The translations under genes were made by a program, and so were the position numbers. Under the pieces are notes generated by a model. That model saw only the letters and a program-made list of their open reading frames with translations. It ran no database searches and was not told the DNA's origin. From Rebecca billardiae RCC1528 (lineage: Eukaryota; Protista; Haptophyta), in contig OZ251229.1 of NCBI GenBank assembly GCA_965240325.2, positions 1,860,001 to 1,924,000 of the forward strand: a DNA stretch of 64,000 nt, written 5' to 3'. Positions 45,435 through 56,380 of this stretch are shown here, piece by piece; position 1 is the stretch's first letter, and the number at the start of each line of letters is the position of its first letter.

Positions 45435-46838
45435 TCAGTCCACCGATGAGGTGCGCCGCGGCTGCGCCGGATGGCCGCCTCCCTCGATGGCGAGGACGGC
45501 GCTGGCGACGTCGGCGCCGTCGGCCAGGAGCTCCTTCCACAGCCGCGCGAACGCCCCGTCCCGGTGCTCGCGCACAAGCAGCACCGCGTTCGCCGCGCCC
45601 CACACAGCCGCCGAGCGCACGTCACCCTCCGCGTACCCAGCGGCCGTCAGCAGCGTCCGGAGCGCGCGCTCGTCCGCCGCGCCGCCTTCCGCCCGGCCGC
45701 ACACCTCCGCCTCGGCGGCGATGCCCGCCATCGCGACGATGCAGTAGCGCTCGAGCGCGTCGCGCCCGACGGCACCGGCTGCGAGCTGCGCGCCGAGCAC
45801 CGGGTCAACGAAGCGCGCGCCCGGCCGGCCGCCAAGCACGGCGCGCTGCGCGAGCGCGTCGCGCGGCGAGACCGCCACGGCCTCGACGGGGCAACCGAGG
45901 AGCACGGCGGCAAGCACGTGGCCCGCCTCGTGCGCGGCGACGCGCGGCGCGCGCTCGCGGTCGAGCACGCGCCGCGCCGCCTCGCTCGCGCAGCCGCCGA
46001 GCACCACCGTGTCGATCACGCCCAGCGCGGCCGTCGTCCCCGCTCCGATCCCGCCGGCCGCCGCGCCCACCTCGAGAGTGCGCCCCAGCTGACCTGACGC
46101 GTCTCGCCAGACTCGGGCGGCGTTGGGCGCGGGGACCGCGCGCGGCGAGACGTCGCGCAGCGGGTCGCGCATGCGCGCTCGCGAGCGCCGCACCGCCACC
46201 TCCGCCTGCGCGAACCCGCCCACGCTCGCCATCGCAAACGCGCCTGCGAGCGCGAGCGTGAGCCGACGGCTCAGCGGCGGCGTCGCCGGCCGGAAGCGAG
46301 CGCGCGAGTAGCCGATGTGGCGGCGGAGCGCCGTGTCGTCGAGGACGGCGGTGCGCAGCGAGCTCTGTAGCGGCCACGACTCCGGCTCGCGCCGGGAGCC
46401 GAACGCCCTCAGCGCCCCCGCGTCCGCGAGGGCACCATAGATGCGCGTCGCCCAGGTCGCACGCCGCCAGTCAGCTTCGGCCGAGCGCGAGACGGACACG
46501 GTGGCGTTGCGGCGCAGCACGGGATCCCACACCGTGGCGGTGCCGTCGATACCGTCAGGCAGCGCTGCATCCGACGGCGGCTCGCGCTTGAGGAGCGAGA
46601 GCGCGCCCCGCACATCGCCGCGCGCGGCGAGCTCCTCGAGCTCGGCGACAATTGAGGGTGGGGCCGGCCCGCCGAGCATCGTCGGGGCGCGACGTCGCGC
46701 CGAGCGGGCGAGGACGCACGCGGATGGCGCACACGCGCGCGTCGCGTGGACGCGTATCGCGCGCGCTGGTACCACGCACAACAGCGGCGCGAGTGTGCCG
46801 ATGACGACCGCCACACGGGCGTGAGCGCGAGGCGGCAT
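45435..46838 (-). CDS. Peptidase M41 (FtsH protease domain)-like zinc metalloprotein without an AAA domain, probably plastid-targeted
   Basis: RVAAHEAGHVLAAVLLGCPV and VAMAGIAAEAEVCGRAEGGAAD; signal plus transit-like N-terminus. Confidence 0.85.
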   Translation of the reverse strand: MPPRAHARVAVVIGTLAPLLCVVPARAIRVHATRACAPSACVLARSARRRAPTMLGGPAPPSIVAELEELAARGDVRGALSLLKREPPSDAALPDGIDGTATVWDPVLRRNATVSVSRSAEADWRRATWATRIYGALADAGALRAFGSRREPESWPLQSSLRTAVLDDTALRRHIGYSRARFRPATPPLSRRLTLALAGAFAMASVGGFAQAEVAVRRSRARMRDPLRDVSPRAVPAPNAARVWRDASGQLGRTLEVGAAAGGIGAGTTAALGVIDTVVLGGCASEAARRVLDRERAPRVAAHEAGHVLAAVLLGCPVEAVAVSPRDALAQRAVLGGRPGARFVDPVLGAQLAAGAVGRDALERYCIVAMAGIAAEAEVCGRAEGGAADERALRTLLTAAGYAEGDVRSAAVWGAANAVLLVREHRDGAFARLWKELLADGADVASAVLAIEGGGHPAQPRRTSSVD

Positions 46839-47242
46839 CGTTGACGACGAGGGACGATGCAAGTGGGCAAGTGGCGGCTGAGAGCCTGAGAAGCGCGAAG
46901 CGCGGTCGAATCTGGGAGTCGCGGGTACGCGGCGTTCATGATGCTTCATCAGCCTTCAAGCTATGGATACTGACGCGAAGATCGTCGTCACGTCTCTCGC
47001 GGAGTGCGCATGCTGCCGCAATACTCAGATACTGCCATACAGTGTACATACCGAGTCACTCGAGAATTGCGCAGCAGCTCCGCGGTCTGCCGCACTCGCA
47101 GACTCGATCAAGACTCCGGGCCGCCATCACTGTCGGCCGCTTGAAGTCGAGATCGTGCCAGCCGAGCCACCGCCCGTCTATCGGGCACGCCGGCTCGGCA
47201 GTCCACAGGTTCAGCCGGTCGGGCACCGCCAGCGCTCAGCCG

Positions 47243-49621
47243 TCAGCGCTTCTTCATCTCGGCCGCGCGCGCGGCGTGCTCGCGCTCCTCCGCGTCGCGC
47301 AGGAAGCCGAGGATGTGGTGCGTGAGCGCCGTGATCTCGCACGTCTTGGCGAAGAAGAAGGTGTGGTCCTCGTTGCACCGCATCTTCTCCGCCTGGAGCG
47401 CCTGCCGTGTCACGCGCGACGACCAAAGCGCCGCGAGCAGCCCGAGCCGTTTCCGCGACGAGTGCGCGTGCACGGTGTGGGGCGAGAAAATGTCGGCCAG
47501 GGTGTCGGCGACGACGGACGCGAGCGCCTTGTGCGCCTTCCAGTGCGGCCTGTCCTTCCGCTTCTGCACGTTCCGCAGCCAGCGGTGAGCTGCGTGCTCG
47601 ACCTTGCGCACCGCGAGCATCTGCTGCGCCACCGCGGCGCGCCCCTCGCGCAGCACCTTGCCAAGAAGCCACAGCCGCCGTCGGAGCAGCTGGCGGCGGT
47701 CGACTTTTCCCGCGCGCTTGGCGCGCATCTGCGCGTCCAGGGCCGAGGTGGTGCTGAGGTACCGGTCGAGCAGGATCGCGATCACCTGCACGGCCGCGCG
47801 CGCGCGCGTGTCAGGGGTGGGCGCGCGGAGGGCGCGCGCGCCACTGAGCCACTGAGCCGGGGCGCGCGGCAGCGACCACCGGCGTCGGCGCGCGCGCGCC
47901 CAGCGGTGCGGCGCGCGGCCGCAGCAACTCACCACGTTCGCCATCACGATGCCCGCGACGAGCACGTACGAGACGAAGAAGGGCGCGGCGAGCGCGACGC
48001 GCGCGTTGTAGATGAGCGGCCGCGCGATCCCCTGCCAGTCGTCCCCCGTCATCGCCTGCCACATGGTGAACATGGCCTTTGCAAAAGTGCCAAACTCCTG
48101 CGGCGCGAGCACGCCGAAGAACTCGACGCCGATAATCGACCAGATGCCTGAGGCAGGCAGGCAGGCAGGCAGGCAGGGAAGGAGGGAGGGGCGAGGCGGC
48201 GCGACCATTAGGCGCGGCCGCGTGGGCCAGCGCGCCGCGGGCGCGATCGGGGCCGCTCCGCGCGCACGCTCTGCCCTCCCCTCCGCGCGAAGGGCGCGCC
48301 GGCGCCGGCGCCGCGCGCACCCATCAGCAGGACGAGCACGACAAACGCGTTGGAGACGCCGGGCATCGACGCGAGCACGCCCTCGATGATCAGCCGCAGC
48401 GAGCGCACGCGCCGGAAGAGGCGGAAGACGCGGAACGCGCGGAAGAGCCGCAGCACGCCGATGCCGGGCAGCTGGTCGGCGTACATGGACAGCCACGAGA
48501 TCGAGACGATCAAGAAGTCGAAGACGTTCTGCGGGGCGCGACGCGCGGCGCGGCGCGGGCGGAGCCGCGCGCGCGCGAGCACCGAAGCGGCCCACGGTCA
48601 GCGCCCAGGTGAGGGTTAGGGTGAGGGTTAGGGTTGCGCGAGCACCGAAGCGGCCCACGGTCAGCGCCCAGGTGAGGGTTAGGGTGAGGGTTAGGGTTGC
48701 GCGAGCACCGAAGCGGCCCACGGTCAGCGCCCGCCGCCCGTGCGGGCGCGAGGGCGCGCGGTGGGCGAGGGCGCGCGCGGCGCGCACCCAGGGCGACCGC
48801 CAGAACGGGCGGAGCCACGAGCCGTACAGGTTCGCCGCGAGCTCCACCGTGAAGAGCGCATTGAACGCCACCTCGAACACGAAGAAGACGGCCGCTGGCT
48901 CCGAGCCAGGCGCCGGCCGCAGCTGCGCCTCGACGGCCGAGATCACGAAGTTGCCGAGGATGAGCGCGGCGACGAGGACCTGGACCGGGGTGGACGAGAC
49001 GCGCGCGTGCACGCGCCGCTGCATCGGCAGCTCGCGCGCCCGGCGGTGCACCTTGGTGAAATACTGCGAGGTGCCGCGCTTCATGAGCGACGGCTCGTGC
49101 CGGTGCGGCGCAACAATGTCCGCGGCGAGGCTGAGCACCGAGCGCACGTCGGTCTGCGAGCGCAGATCGCGCAGCTCCTTCGCGGTGCCCGCGAGCGAGC
49201 TGAAGGTGAGCACGCGCCTCGGCGGCTCCGGCGCCGGCGCCGCCTGCTCGGCGGAGGGCGTGTCCCCGGCGTCCTCGTTCCGCTCACTCGGCGCGTCGCC
49301 CGTCGCCGCGAAGCCGACGACGCGCCCGCTGGCTCTCGACGGCGTGGAGGCCTCCGAGCCCGGCTCGGGGTGCACTCTGGCGGGCGATGCCGCCGAGAGC
49401 TGCGCCGAGAGCTGCGACGCGATCGACGCACGCGGCTGTGGCGTCGGCGCGCTCCGGCGCGCAATGTCGGCCTCGCTCGCCACGTCCGACTCGTCGCTGC
49501 TGCCGTCGGCCTCGTGGGCGAGGCGTTTCATGCGCTCGGACTCGTGGTCCTCCTGCGCCTGGATGTCTCGTTCGGCCTCCTGGCGCACATGCCGCGCGGT
49601 CGCGGCCGCGGCGGCCGCCAT
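47243..49621 (-). CDS. Single-domain voltage-gated cation channel, EukCat/CatSper/BacNav-like (exons 49621-48788, 48528-48321, 48147-47933, 47785-47243)
   Basis: S2 FTVELAANLY, S3 W|NVFDFLIV, S4 VLRLFRAFRVFRLFRRVRSLR, pore MFTMWQAMTGDDWQGIARP, S6 MANV|VIAILLD. Three GT-AG introns keep the frame. Confidence 0.92.
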   Translation of the reverse strand: MAAAAAATARHVRQEAERDIQAQEDHESERMKRLAHEADGSSDESDVASEADIARRSAPTPQPRASIASQLSAQLSAASPARVHPEPGSEASTPSRASGRVVGFAATGDAPSERNEDAGDTPSAEQAAPAPEPPRRVLTFSSLAGTAKELRDLRSQTDVRSVLSLAADIVAPHRHEPSLMKRGTSQYFTKVHRRARELPMQRRVHARVSSTPVQVLVAALILGNFVISAVEAQLRPAPGSEPAAVFFVFEVAFNALFTVELAANLYGSWLRPFWRSPWVRAARALAHRAPSRPHGRRALTVGRFGARATLTLTLTLTWALTVGRFGARATLTLTLTLTWALTVGRFGARARAAPPAPRRASRPAERLRLLDRLDLVAVHVRRPAARHRRAAALPRVPRLPPLPARALAAADHRGRARVDARRLQRVCRARPADGCARRRRRRALRAEGRAERARGAAPIAPAARWPTRPRLMVAPPRPSLLPCLPACLPASGIWSIIGVEFFGVLAPQEFGTFAKAMFTMWQAMTGDDWQGIARPLIYNARVALAAPFFVSYVLVAGIVMANVVSCCGRAPHRWARARRRRWSLPRAPAQWLSGARALRAPTPDTRARAAVQVIAILLDRYLSTTSALDAQMRAKRAGKVDRRQLLRRRLWLLGKVLREGRAAVAQQMLAVRKVEHAAHRWLRNVQKRKDRPHWKAHKALASVVADTLADIFSPHTVHAHSSRKRLGLLAALWSSRVTRQALQAEKMRCNEDHTFFFAKTCEITALTHHILGFLRDAEEREHAARAAEMKKR
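48573..48732. repeat. 2.5 x 63-bp intronic repeat containing telomere-like (TTAGGG/TGAGGG) units
   Basis: GGTGAGGGTTAGGGTGAGGGTTAGGGTT at 48608-48635 and 48671-48698. Confidence 0.9.
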
Positions 49622-49893
49622 GCTGCCGACGAGCGCTCCGCGCCCCGCGAGTCGGTTGTAGCCGCCACCCTAACCCGCTTGCTGAGGACCCCGCACCAAC
49701 CGAGTCAAGGCTCGCGCTCCAGCGCGTCAGCGGCCGTGGGTGCGCAGCGGGTCCCTGATTCGCTCGTCATGAGGGAGGGTGGCCAAATGATTTACACTTT
49801 TCTAGGGATGACTATAGGTAGCCCCTAATACCGTAGAGGTTGGAAACTGGGTAAGTACTTGCATCGGTAGAGTACCCTTTCGCGGCCGGGCGG

Positions 49894-51486
49894 ATGGCGG
49901 CGCACCGGGCGGCCGAGGCGACCTTCTTCGCGCCGTTCGTGCCGGTCGTGGATGACGTCGGCGCCGCCGTGGCATGCATCGACGCGCGGGGGCCATGGCT
50001 GCTCGTCGGCACCGCCGCTGCGGAGCTGCTCCTCTACAGCGCGCCCTCGTGGCGGGCGGACGCCGGCTGCAGCGCGCAGCTGGTCGCGCGCGCGAGCGTG
50101 CGCGACGAGCTCGAGGAGGAGTCGGGCGCCGAGCCCGCGCCCGCGCCGGCGGTGGTGCAGGTGAGCGTTCAGCCGGCGCACGGCCTCGCCGTCGCGCTCT
50201 GCGCCGGCGTCGTCACCATCCACCTCCTCGATGGCCAGCTGTCGCGGCTGGCTCGCTTTGCCGGGCTCGGCGGCCGCGCGAGCGCGTTCGCACTGTCCGC
50301 GGAGGAGAGCGTGCTGCGCCTCGCGATCGGCGTGCCGTCCGCGCTGGCGATCTTCCGGCTCGCCGACACGATCGCGCAGCAGGGCCTCTACGCCCTCCGC
50401 GCCGGCGGCGGCGCGGCGGCGCGCGAGCTGCTCTGGCTAGGCGAGACGCTGTGCTGTGTGCTCTCGACTGAGCTGGTGCTACTGAGCAGCCGGACGGGGC
50501 GGGTGGTGTACTCGCACCCGCTCACGCCGGATAGCGAGCTCGTGCGCGTGCACGAGCACGAGCACTGGGCGCCCGTCCGCGGCTGGGCGCCCCGGGCGGA
50601 CGAGCACCGCTTCGAGCTACTCGGCGGCGCGGCGGCGGCGGAGCGGCGCGCGCGGTGCGGCGCGCTGGCAGACGTGGCGCCGCCGGGCGCCGGGGCGCAG
50701 TGGGACGGCCCGTGGGCGGTGGAGCACACGGCGGGCACCGACGCGGAGGGCTGGGCGTACGCGCACGGCGTCACGGCCAGCCGCTGGCTGCCGCACGCCG
50801 GCGGCAAGGGGCTGGGCTCGACCGCGCGCCGGCGCGTGTGGGCAAGGCCTGCGCGCGTGCCGCTCAGCGGCGGCGCGGCCGCCTTCGCCTCGCAGCAGCC
50901 AGGCGGCGCGTCGGGCGCGGACGCGCCCCTGCCCGTCGCCGTGCGCGCGGTGGGTCCGCGCCAGCTCCTCGTCTGCGCGCTCTCGGCCCGTGACGGCCAC
51001 GCCATGCTGCTCGACGTCGGCGACGGCGGCGCGGTCTCTGGGCGGCGCTGTGCCGAGTGGCCGCAGCCGAGCGCCGCGGAGGGCTGCGTCGCCGTCGTCG
51101 CCGCTCTGCCGTACACGCTCGTGCTGCGCGCGTCGAGCATCGACGTGCACGACGTGGAGGCGGGCGGCGACGGCTCGCTCGTCTCGAGCTGCGCGTGGCC
51201 GCCCTCCGTCGCCCCGTCGCCACGGCGCGCTCGGCGGGAGGCCGAGCGGCGCGCCGAGCCGACAGCCGCCGGCGCGCCGACCGCCGCAGTCGTCGCGGCC
51301 GCGTCCGGATGTGGCCAGGTGGCGTTCGTCGGGGTAGGCCGGGCTGTGGCGGCGATGGCGCTGCAGCCGATGATGGCGAGCGTGGCGGACGCGGCTGCGC
51401 TGCAGCGCGCGCTCAGCCGGCTCTGCCGCGCGCTACCCGCGGCCGCGCCGGGCGCCGACGCGGCGGGCTCACCCGGCAGCGACGTG

Positions 51487-51524
<38 letters not shown>

Positions 51525-52612
51525 ACTCGCCACTGACGACGACGACGACGGCGGCGGCGACGACGACGGCGACGGCTGTGGCGGCGGCGGCGGTGGCGGC
51601 GGTGGCGGAGGCGGTGGTGGCAGCCATGGCAGCGACGACGGCAGCGACGTGAAGGCGCGCGCGGCTCGGCGCGCGCGCGCGCGCGCTCGGCGCGCCGCGC
51701 GCTCGCTCATCGACCCGGACGGTCAGGGCGCGCGCGGCGCGGAGGGCGCGCGCGCGCTCGCTCGGCGGCTTGGCACGCAGCTGAGCTGGTGGGCGCGGCG
51801 GCACGCGCGCGCGCTGCACCGCGGCGCGGAGGGCGAGGCGGAGGGCGAGGCGAGCCCGCGGCTTGAGGGCGCGGTTGCCGAGTTCTCCGCGCTGCGCTCA
51901 CATGCGCTCGTCGCAATCGACGGAGCGGTCTGTGACGCGGAGGCGGCACTCACTGCCGCCGCGTCGTCACGCGCCGGCCTCGGCGCGGAGACGGCGGCGG
52001 CGCGCGCGCTCGAGCTCGAGGCGCTCGTGTGCGCGGGCGCGGCGCTGCGCGCCGAGGCCGCGCGCGCGCTCGAGCGCGTGCTCTGGCGGCGCGCGGGGGG
52101 AACGCTACGCGGCCTGTTCAACTTGGAGACCGCCGCGGACGCAGCCGCGTGGGAGCTGCACGCGCGCCGGCTCGCGGCGGCGGGCGTCGGGCCGACCGAC
52201 CTCGGCGTGCGCGCGGAGCTGTGGCCGGGCGGTGCGGAGCGCGAGGGCGAGCGCTGCGCGCGTGAGAGCGCGCGCGCGGACGCCGCGCCGCCGCTTGACG
52301 CCAGCGCCGCCGGCGCGCGGCCGAGCGCGGCGGCGGCCACGCACGCCGCCCCCAACGCCGAGGGAGCGACCACGACCTTGGCCGTCACACCCGCGCCGCT
52401 TGGCGCGCCTCGGCGGCTGAGCGCGGCGCAGCCGTACGCGGCCGGCATCGCCGCGCTCCGCTCGATCCCGAGCGCGCCCACGCCCACCGGCCGGCTGCGC
52501 CGCGCCGTGCGCGCGCTGCAGCTGCTCCAGAAAGAGGCGGAGGCGCACGCGCGCGCCGCGCGCGCCGCGCGCTCGGCGGCGGGCGGCGGCGGCGGCGGCG
52601 GCGGTCGTGGTA

Positions 52613-52643
<31 letters not shown>

Positions 52644-54934
52644 GGGTGTGTGCGCGGACGATCTGCTCCCACTGACCGCGTGGGCGCTCGTGCGCGCGCA
52701 GCCCCCGCAGCTGCTCAGCCACCTCGCCGAGCTCGAGTCGCTCAGCCCGGCGGGCGCGGCGCACGGCGGCGCGCTCGGGTACGCGCTGACCACTCTGCTG
52801 GCGGCGGCGCAGGCGGTTCTGGAGACGGCGACGACGGGGGCGCACGCGGGCGGCGGCGGCGGCGGCGCGGCGCGGGCGCGCGACGCGTCGCGCCTCGCGC
52901 CCGAGCTCCTCAGCGCGGCGCACGACGCCACCGGCAGGTGGTGCGACTGTCCGTATGCGCCGGGCGCGGTGGTTCGCGTCGACGCTGACGGCGCACTCAT
53001 CGCGCGCGGCGACCACGTGCGCGCGCAGCTGAGCGCTCTGCTCTGGCGGCACGGGATTTACGTCGGCGCGGGCGGCGGGCGCGATGTCCTGTGGTTTGTG
53101 CCGGACCCTCCGGAGCCGGACGAGGAGGCGGCGGCGGCGATGGGGCCCGAGGGGGGCGTGGCGGGCGGCGAGCACGCGGCGGCGGCGGCCGCCACCGCCG
53201 CCGCCGCCGCGTTGCACACAGCCGCCGCCGCCGCCGCGAGTACCGTCGTGGAGAACGCGCGCGACGCGGCCGCGCTGCTGGTGAGCGCCGCGCGCGCGAG
53301 CGGCGGCTCCGGCACCGGCGCGCTGCCCACGCCGGCCGCCGCCATCGCGGGCGGCGGGCCGAGCGCCCGCATGGCCACGCTCCGACTCACGAGCTTTGAC
53401 GAATTCTCGCGAGCCGGCCTCGCGCCCGGCGCGCCGCCGGCACCGCCGCCGCCGCCGCCCCCGGCAGAGGGCGGGGCGGAGGGCGGGGCGGAGGGCGGGT
53501 GGCAGCCGGGCTGCGCGGGCGGCGGTGCCGCCGCCGGCGGCGGCGGTGGCGGCGGTCGCGCGGTGCCAGTGCGTGTCGTGCGCTACGCGCCCTCAGCGCC
53601 CTCCGCCCCCGCAGCGGCGCGCGGCGGCGTCGAAACGAGCGGCGGCGCAGGCGGGGGTGCGGACGCGCCCGCGCCCACCGCCGCCGCCGGCAGCGGCAGT
53701 GCCAACGGCGGCGGTGACGGCGGCGGTGACGGCGGCGGTGACGATGCGGAGGTCGAGGCGATCCTCGCGCGCGCGCTCGGCCGCGCGGGCGAGCGAGGCG
53801 TCGACCTCGGCGGGCTCAAGGGCGAGGCGCTCTGCCACTTCTGCCGGACGGGGGACGCACGCGGCTCGCGCGTGCTCGGCGCACCGGAGCGCGCACGGCG
53901 CGGACTCGGCGCGCGCGCCGACGACGGCGCCGCCGCCGCGGGGCTCGCCGCCGAGGCGATGGTGGGGAATGCATCGCGCGTGGGCGCGGGGGTGGGCTCG
54001 CTGGTGACGGGCATCGCGCTCGCCGGCCGCGGCGCGACGCTCTCGCGCACCGCGCTGCTCGTCTCGCACGCGGCGCGCACGGCGGCGGTGGGCGCGGCGG
54101 TAGGGACGGGTGTGGCGGGCCTCGGCGGCGCACTCGGCGGCTCGGCGGTCGTGGGCTCGCTCCTCGGCGACGACGAGAGCCTGCCGGCCGCCGAGCGCGC
54201 GCGCCGCGCCGCCGCCCGGATGGGCTCGTCCATCGGCGGCGCGACAGCGTCGATCGGCACGGCCATCTCCGTCACGGTCGGCGGCTCGGCGGCGGCCGCG
54301 ACCGTCGGCGCCGGCGCGATCGCGCTTGCTCTTGCGGCCGCGGTGACGGTGCCCTTCGCCGCGGCGGTGGGCGCGGGCGGCGTCGTGTACGGCGTGCACA
54401 AGGTGGCCGACCGCGCGCGCGCCGCGCGCCGCGCCGCGCTGCGCGCCTCGCTCGCGCGCAGGCCGCTGCGCTTTGCGGGCGCCGGCGCGGCCGCGGCCAC
54501 GGCAACAATCCTTAGCCGCGCGCTCACGGCGGGCGGCGCGAGCGCGCCGCCCGCGGCCGGCGCGCGCGCAGAGGCGCTCCGCTCGCTCGGCGCTCTGCTC
54601 CGCCCGGAGGCGGAGGGCGCGTCGGCCGTGCGAGCCGGGCGCGTGCAGCTACGCCTCGCGGTGCACGTAGGCCCGGACGGCCGCGCGCGCGTGCACGCGG
54701 CCGCGCGCGCGCCCGCCGACCGCGCCGAGGCGCGGCTGCGCAAGAAGGCGGCAGACTTGATCGTGCTCTCACAGTGCGTGCTGCACTGGGCGCCCGGCAC
54801 GCCGCAGCTCGGCTCGCACCCGGACTGGGGCTCCGGGCTGCACGCGCACTTCCGAGCGGACGTGCGCGAGCTGCTCCGCGCGTACGCGTCGGGGCTGGTC
54901 TTTGGCGCGCCCGGACTTCCGAGCGGCGCGCGGC

Positions 54935-54965
<31 letters not shown>

Positions 54966-55530
54966 GGCGCGCGGCGCGGACGGCGGCGCGGACCTCGCGC
55001 GCGAGCGCCACAGGCTGGCGATGCTGTGCGCGTGGCTGCATGCCTACTTGGAGTGGTCGCCGCACGCGGTGCCGGCGCGCGGCTCGGCGCCCGGCTTCTG
55101 CGCCGGCAGCACGCAGCCCTTCGCCCTCTTCGCGAGCGCGCTGCACGCGGCGCTGGACGCGGACTGGGAGGAGCAGTCTGCGCGGCTGCGCGCGCTGCGC
55201 CTCCGCCCGCCGGCCAAGTCGCCGGCCAAGTCGCCGGCCAAGTCGCCGCGCCGATCTCGGCACGGCACGGACGCGCGGACCCCGCCCTCGCCCGGCCGCG
55301 CGGCCGCAGCCGCGGACGCCGCGGCCGCGACGCCGAGTGCGCGCGCGGCGCAGCCGGTGCAGCCCGAGCTCGAAGAGCCGCTGCTGCTGCGCTTCAGGCG
55401 GATCCGCGCGGCCGACGCGGCCGAGTGCCGCGAGCACGCGGAGCTGATCGCGTGCGCGTGCGGGCAGCACGCTGTCACGCGCTCCTCACTCGTGGAAGAC
55501 CAGCGCCGCCTGACGGACGACAGCGCCTGA
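49894..55530 (+). CDS. 1878-aa multidomain protein: CNH-like propeller with inserted DysF-like domain, VPS9 domain, degenerate LRAT-like domain, glycine zipper
   Basis: WAVEHTAGTDAEGWAYA...ARRRVWARP (DysF); ADDLLPLTAWALVRAQPPQLLSHL...GYALTTL (VPS9); RGDHV...RHGIYVG...EALCHFCRTG (LRAT-like). Confidence 0.8.
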
Positions 55531-56186
55531 CGATCGATCGCGCGATGCGCATGCCGTGACGAGTACGGAGTATAGTCTTATTATTGATGTATATAGCAGA
55601 TGTCGTCGCGTCGTACTGAAGTACTGCGCGGCGGCATGCGCAGTGCGCGAGTCGGGACGCGAGTCACTGTCAGCAATCGATGACCGACGGTCAGTCGTGA
55701 TATTACGATGACGAGTCGTAGATAGTGGCGATATGACGAGTCATCACTCATCAGCAGACTCGCCGGTGCGCCCTACGGCTATATATACCCGCCGGAGTTT
55801 TGCTTGATGATATGCCAGATGAATCAGCACGGGGGTGTCCAGGCGGAAGCCTCCCCCGACCACGCTCTAGGACTAGCCTGGGCGCATAGGCCGATACGGG
55901 CGATATATAGGGCGCCATCAGGGCACCAGCAAGTCGTAACGGAGCCGTTAGGGGGCTATCAAGCGGAGCTGTCACAATAAAATACTGAGTCACTAATAAT
56001 ATGCTGTCAGCAGTGTCATCGTAACTCACACATCAGAGCCCGGAGCCCTGCTCGGCGGGGCCAGCCTGCCCTACTAGACCGAACGCCGTCACCAACCATC
56101 GCCGCCAGTGGACGCATGTGCCATATATGTCGTCCCGTTCAACGAAGGGCGATCGCTAGGCTCGCTAGCTTACGACCAATGTATGT

Positions 56187-56327
56187 GGCCGGCTGTCACG
56201 GCTGGCTCGCTTCGCGGAATCGCGATGGCGGGGGAATCGTGCGCGCAATAAGCGCGCTGTGGAGAAGAGCATGCTGCGCCTCGCGATTGGCGTGTCGTCC
56301 GCGCTGGCGATCTTCCGGCTTGCGGAC
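56187..56327 (+). pseudogene. Diverged duplicated fragment of 50233-50367
   Basis: Encodes MLRLAIGVSSALAIFRLAD versus VLRLAIGVPSALAIFRLAD; nucleotide similarity is visible. Confidence 0.85.
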
Positions 56328-56380
56328 GATCAGGGCTCACTTCAACTGTCCCTGTCTCGTCCCGTGTCCGCCCCCGTCCA

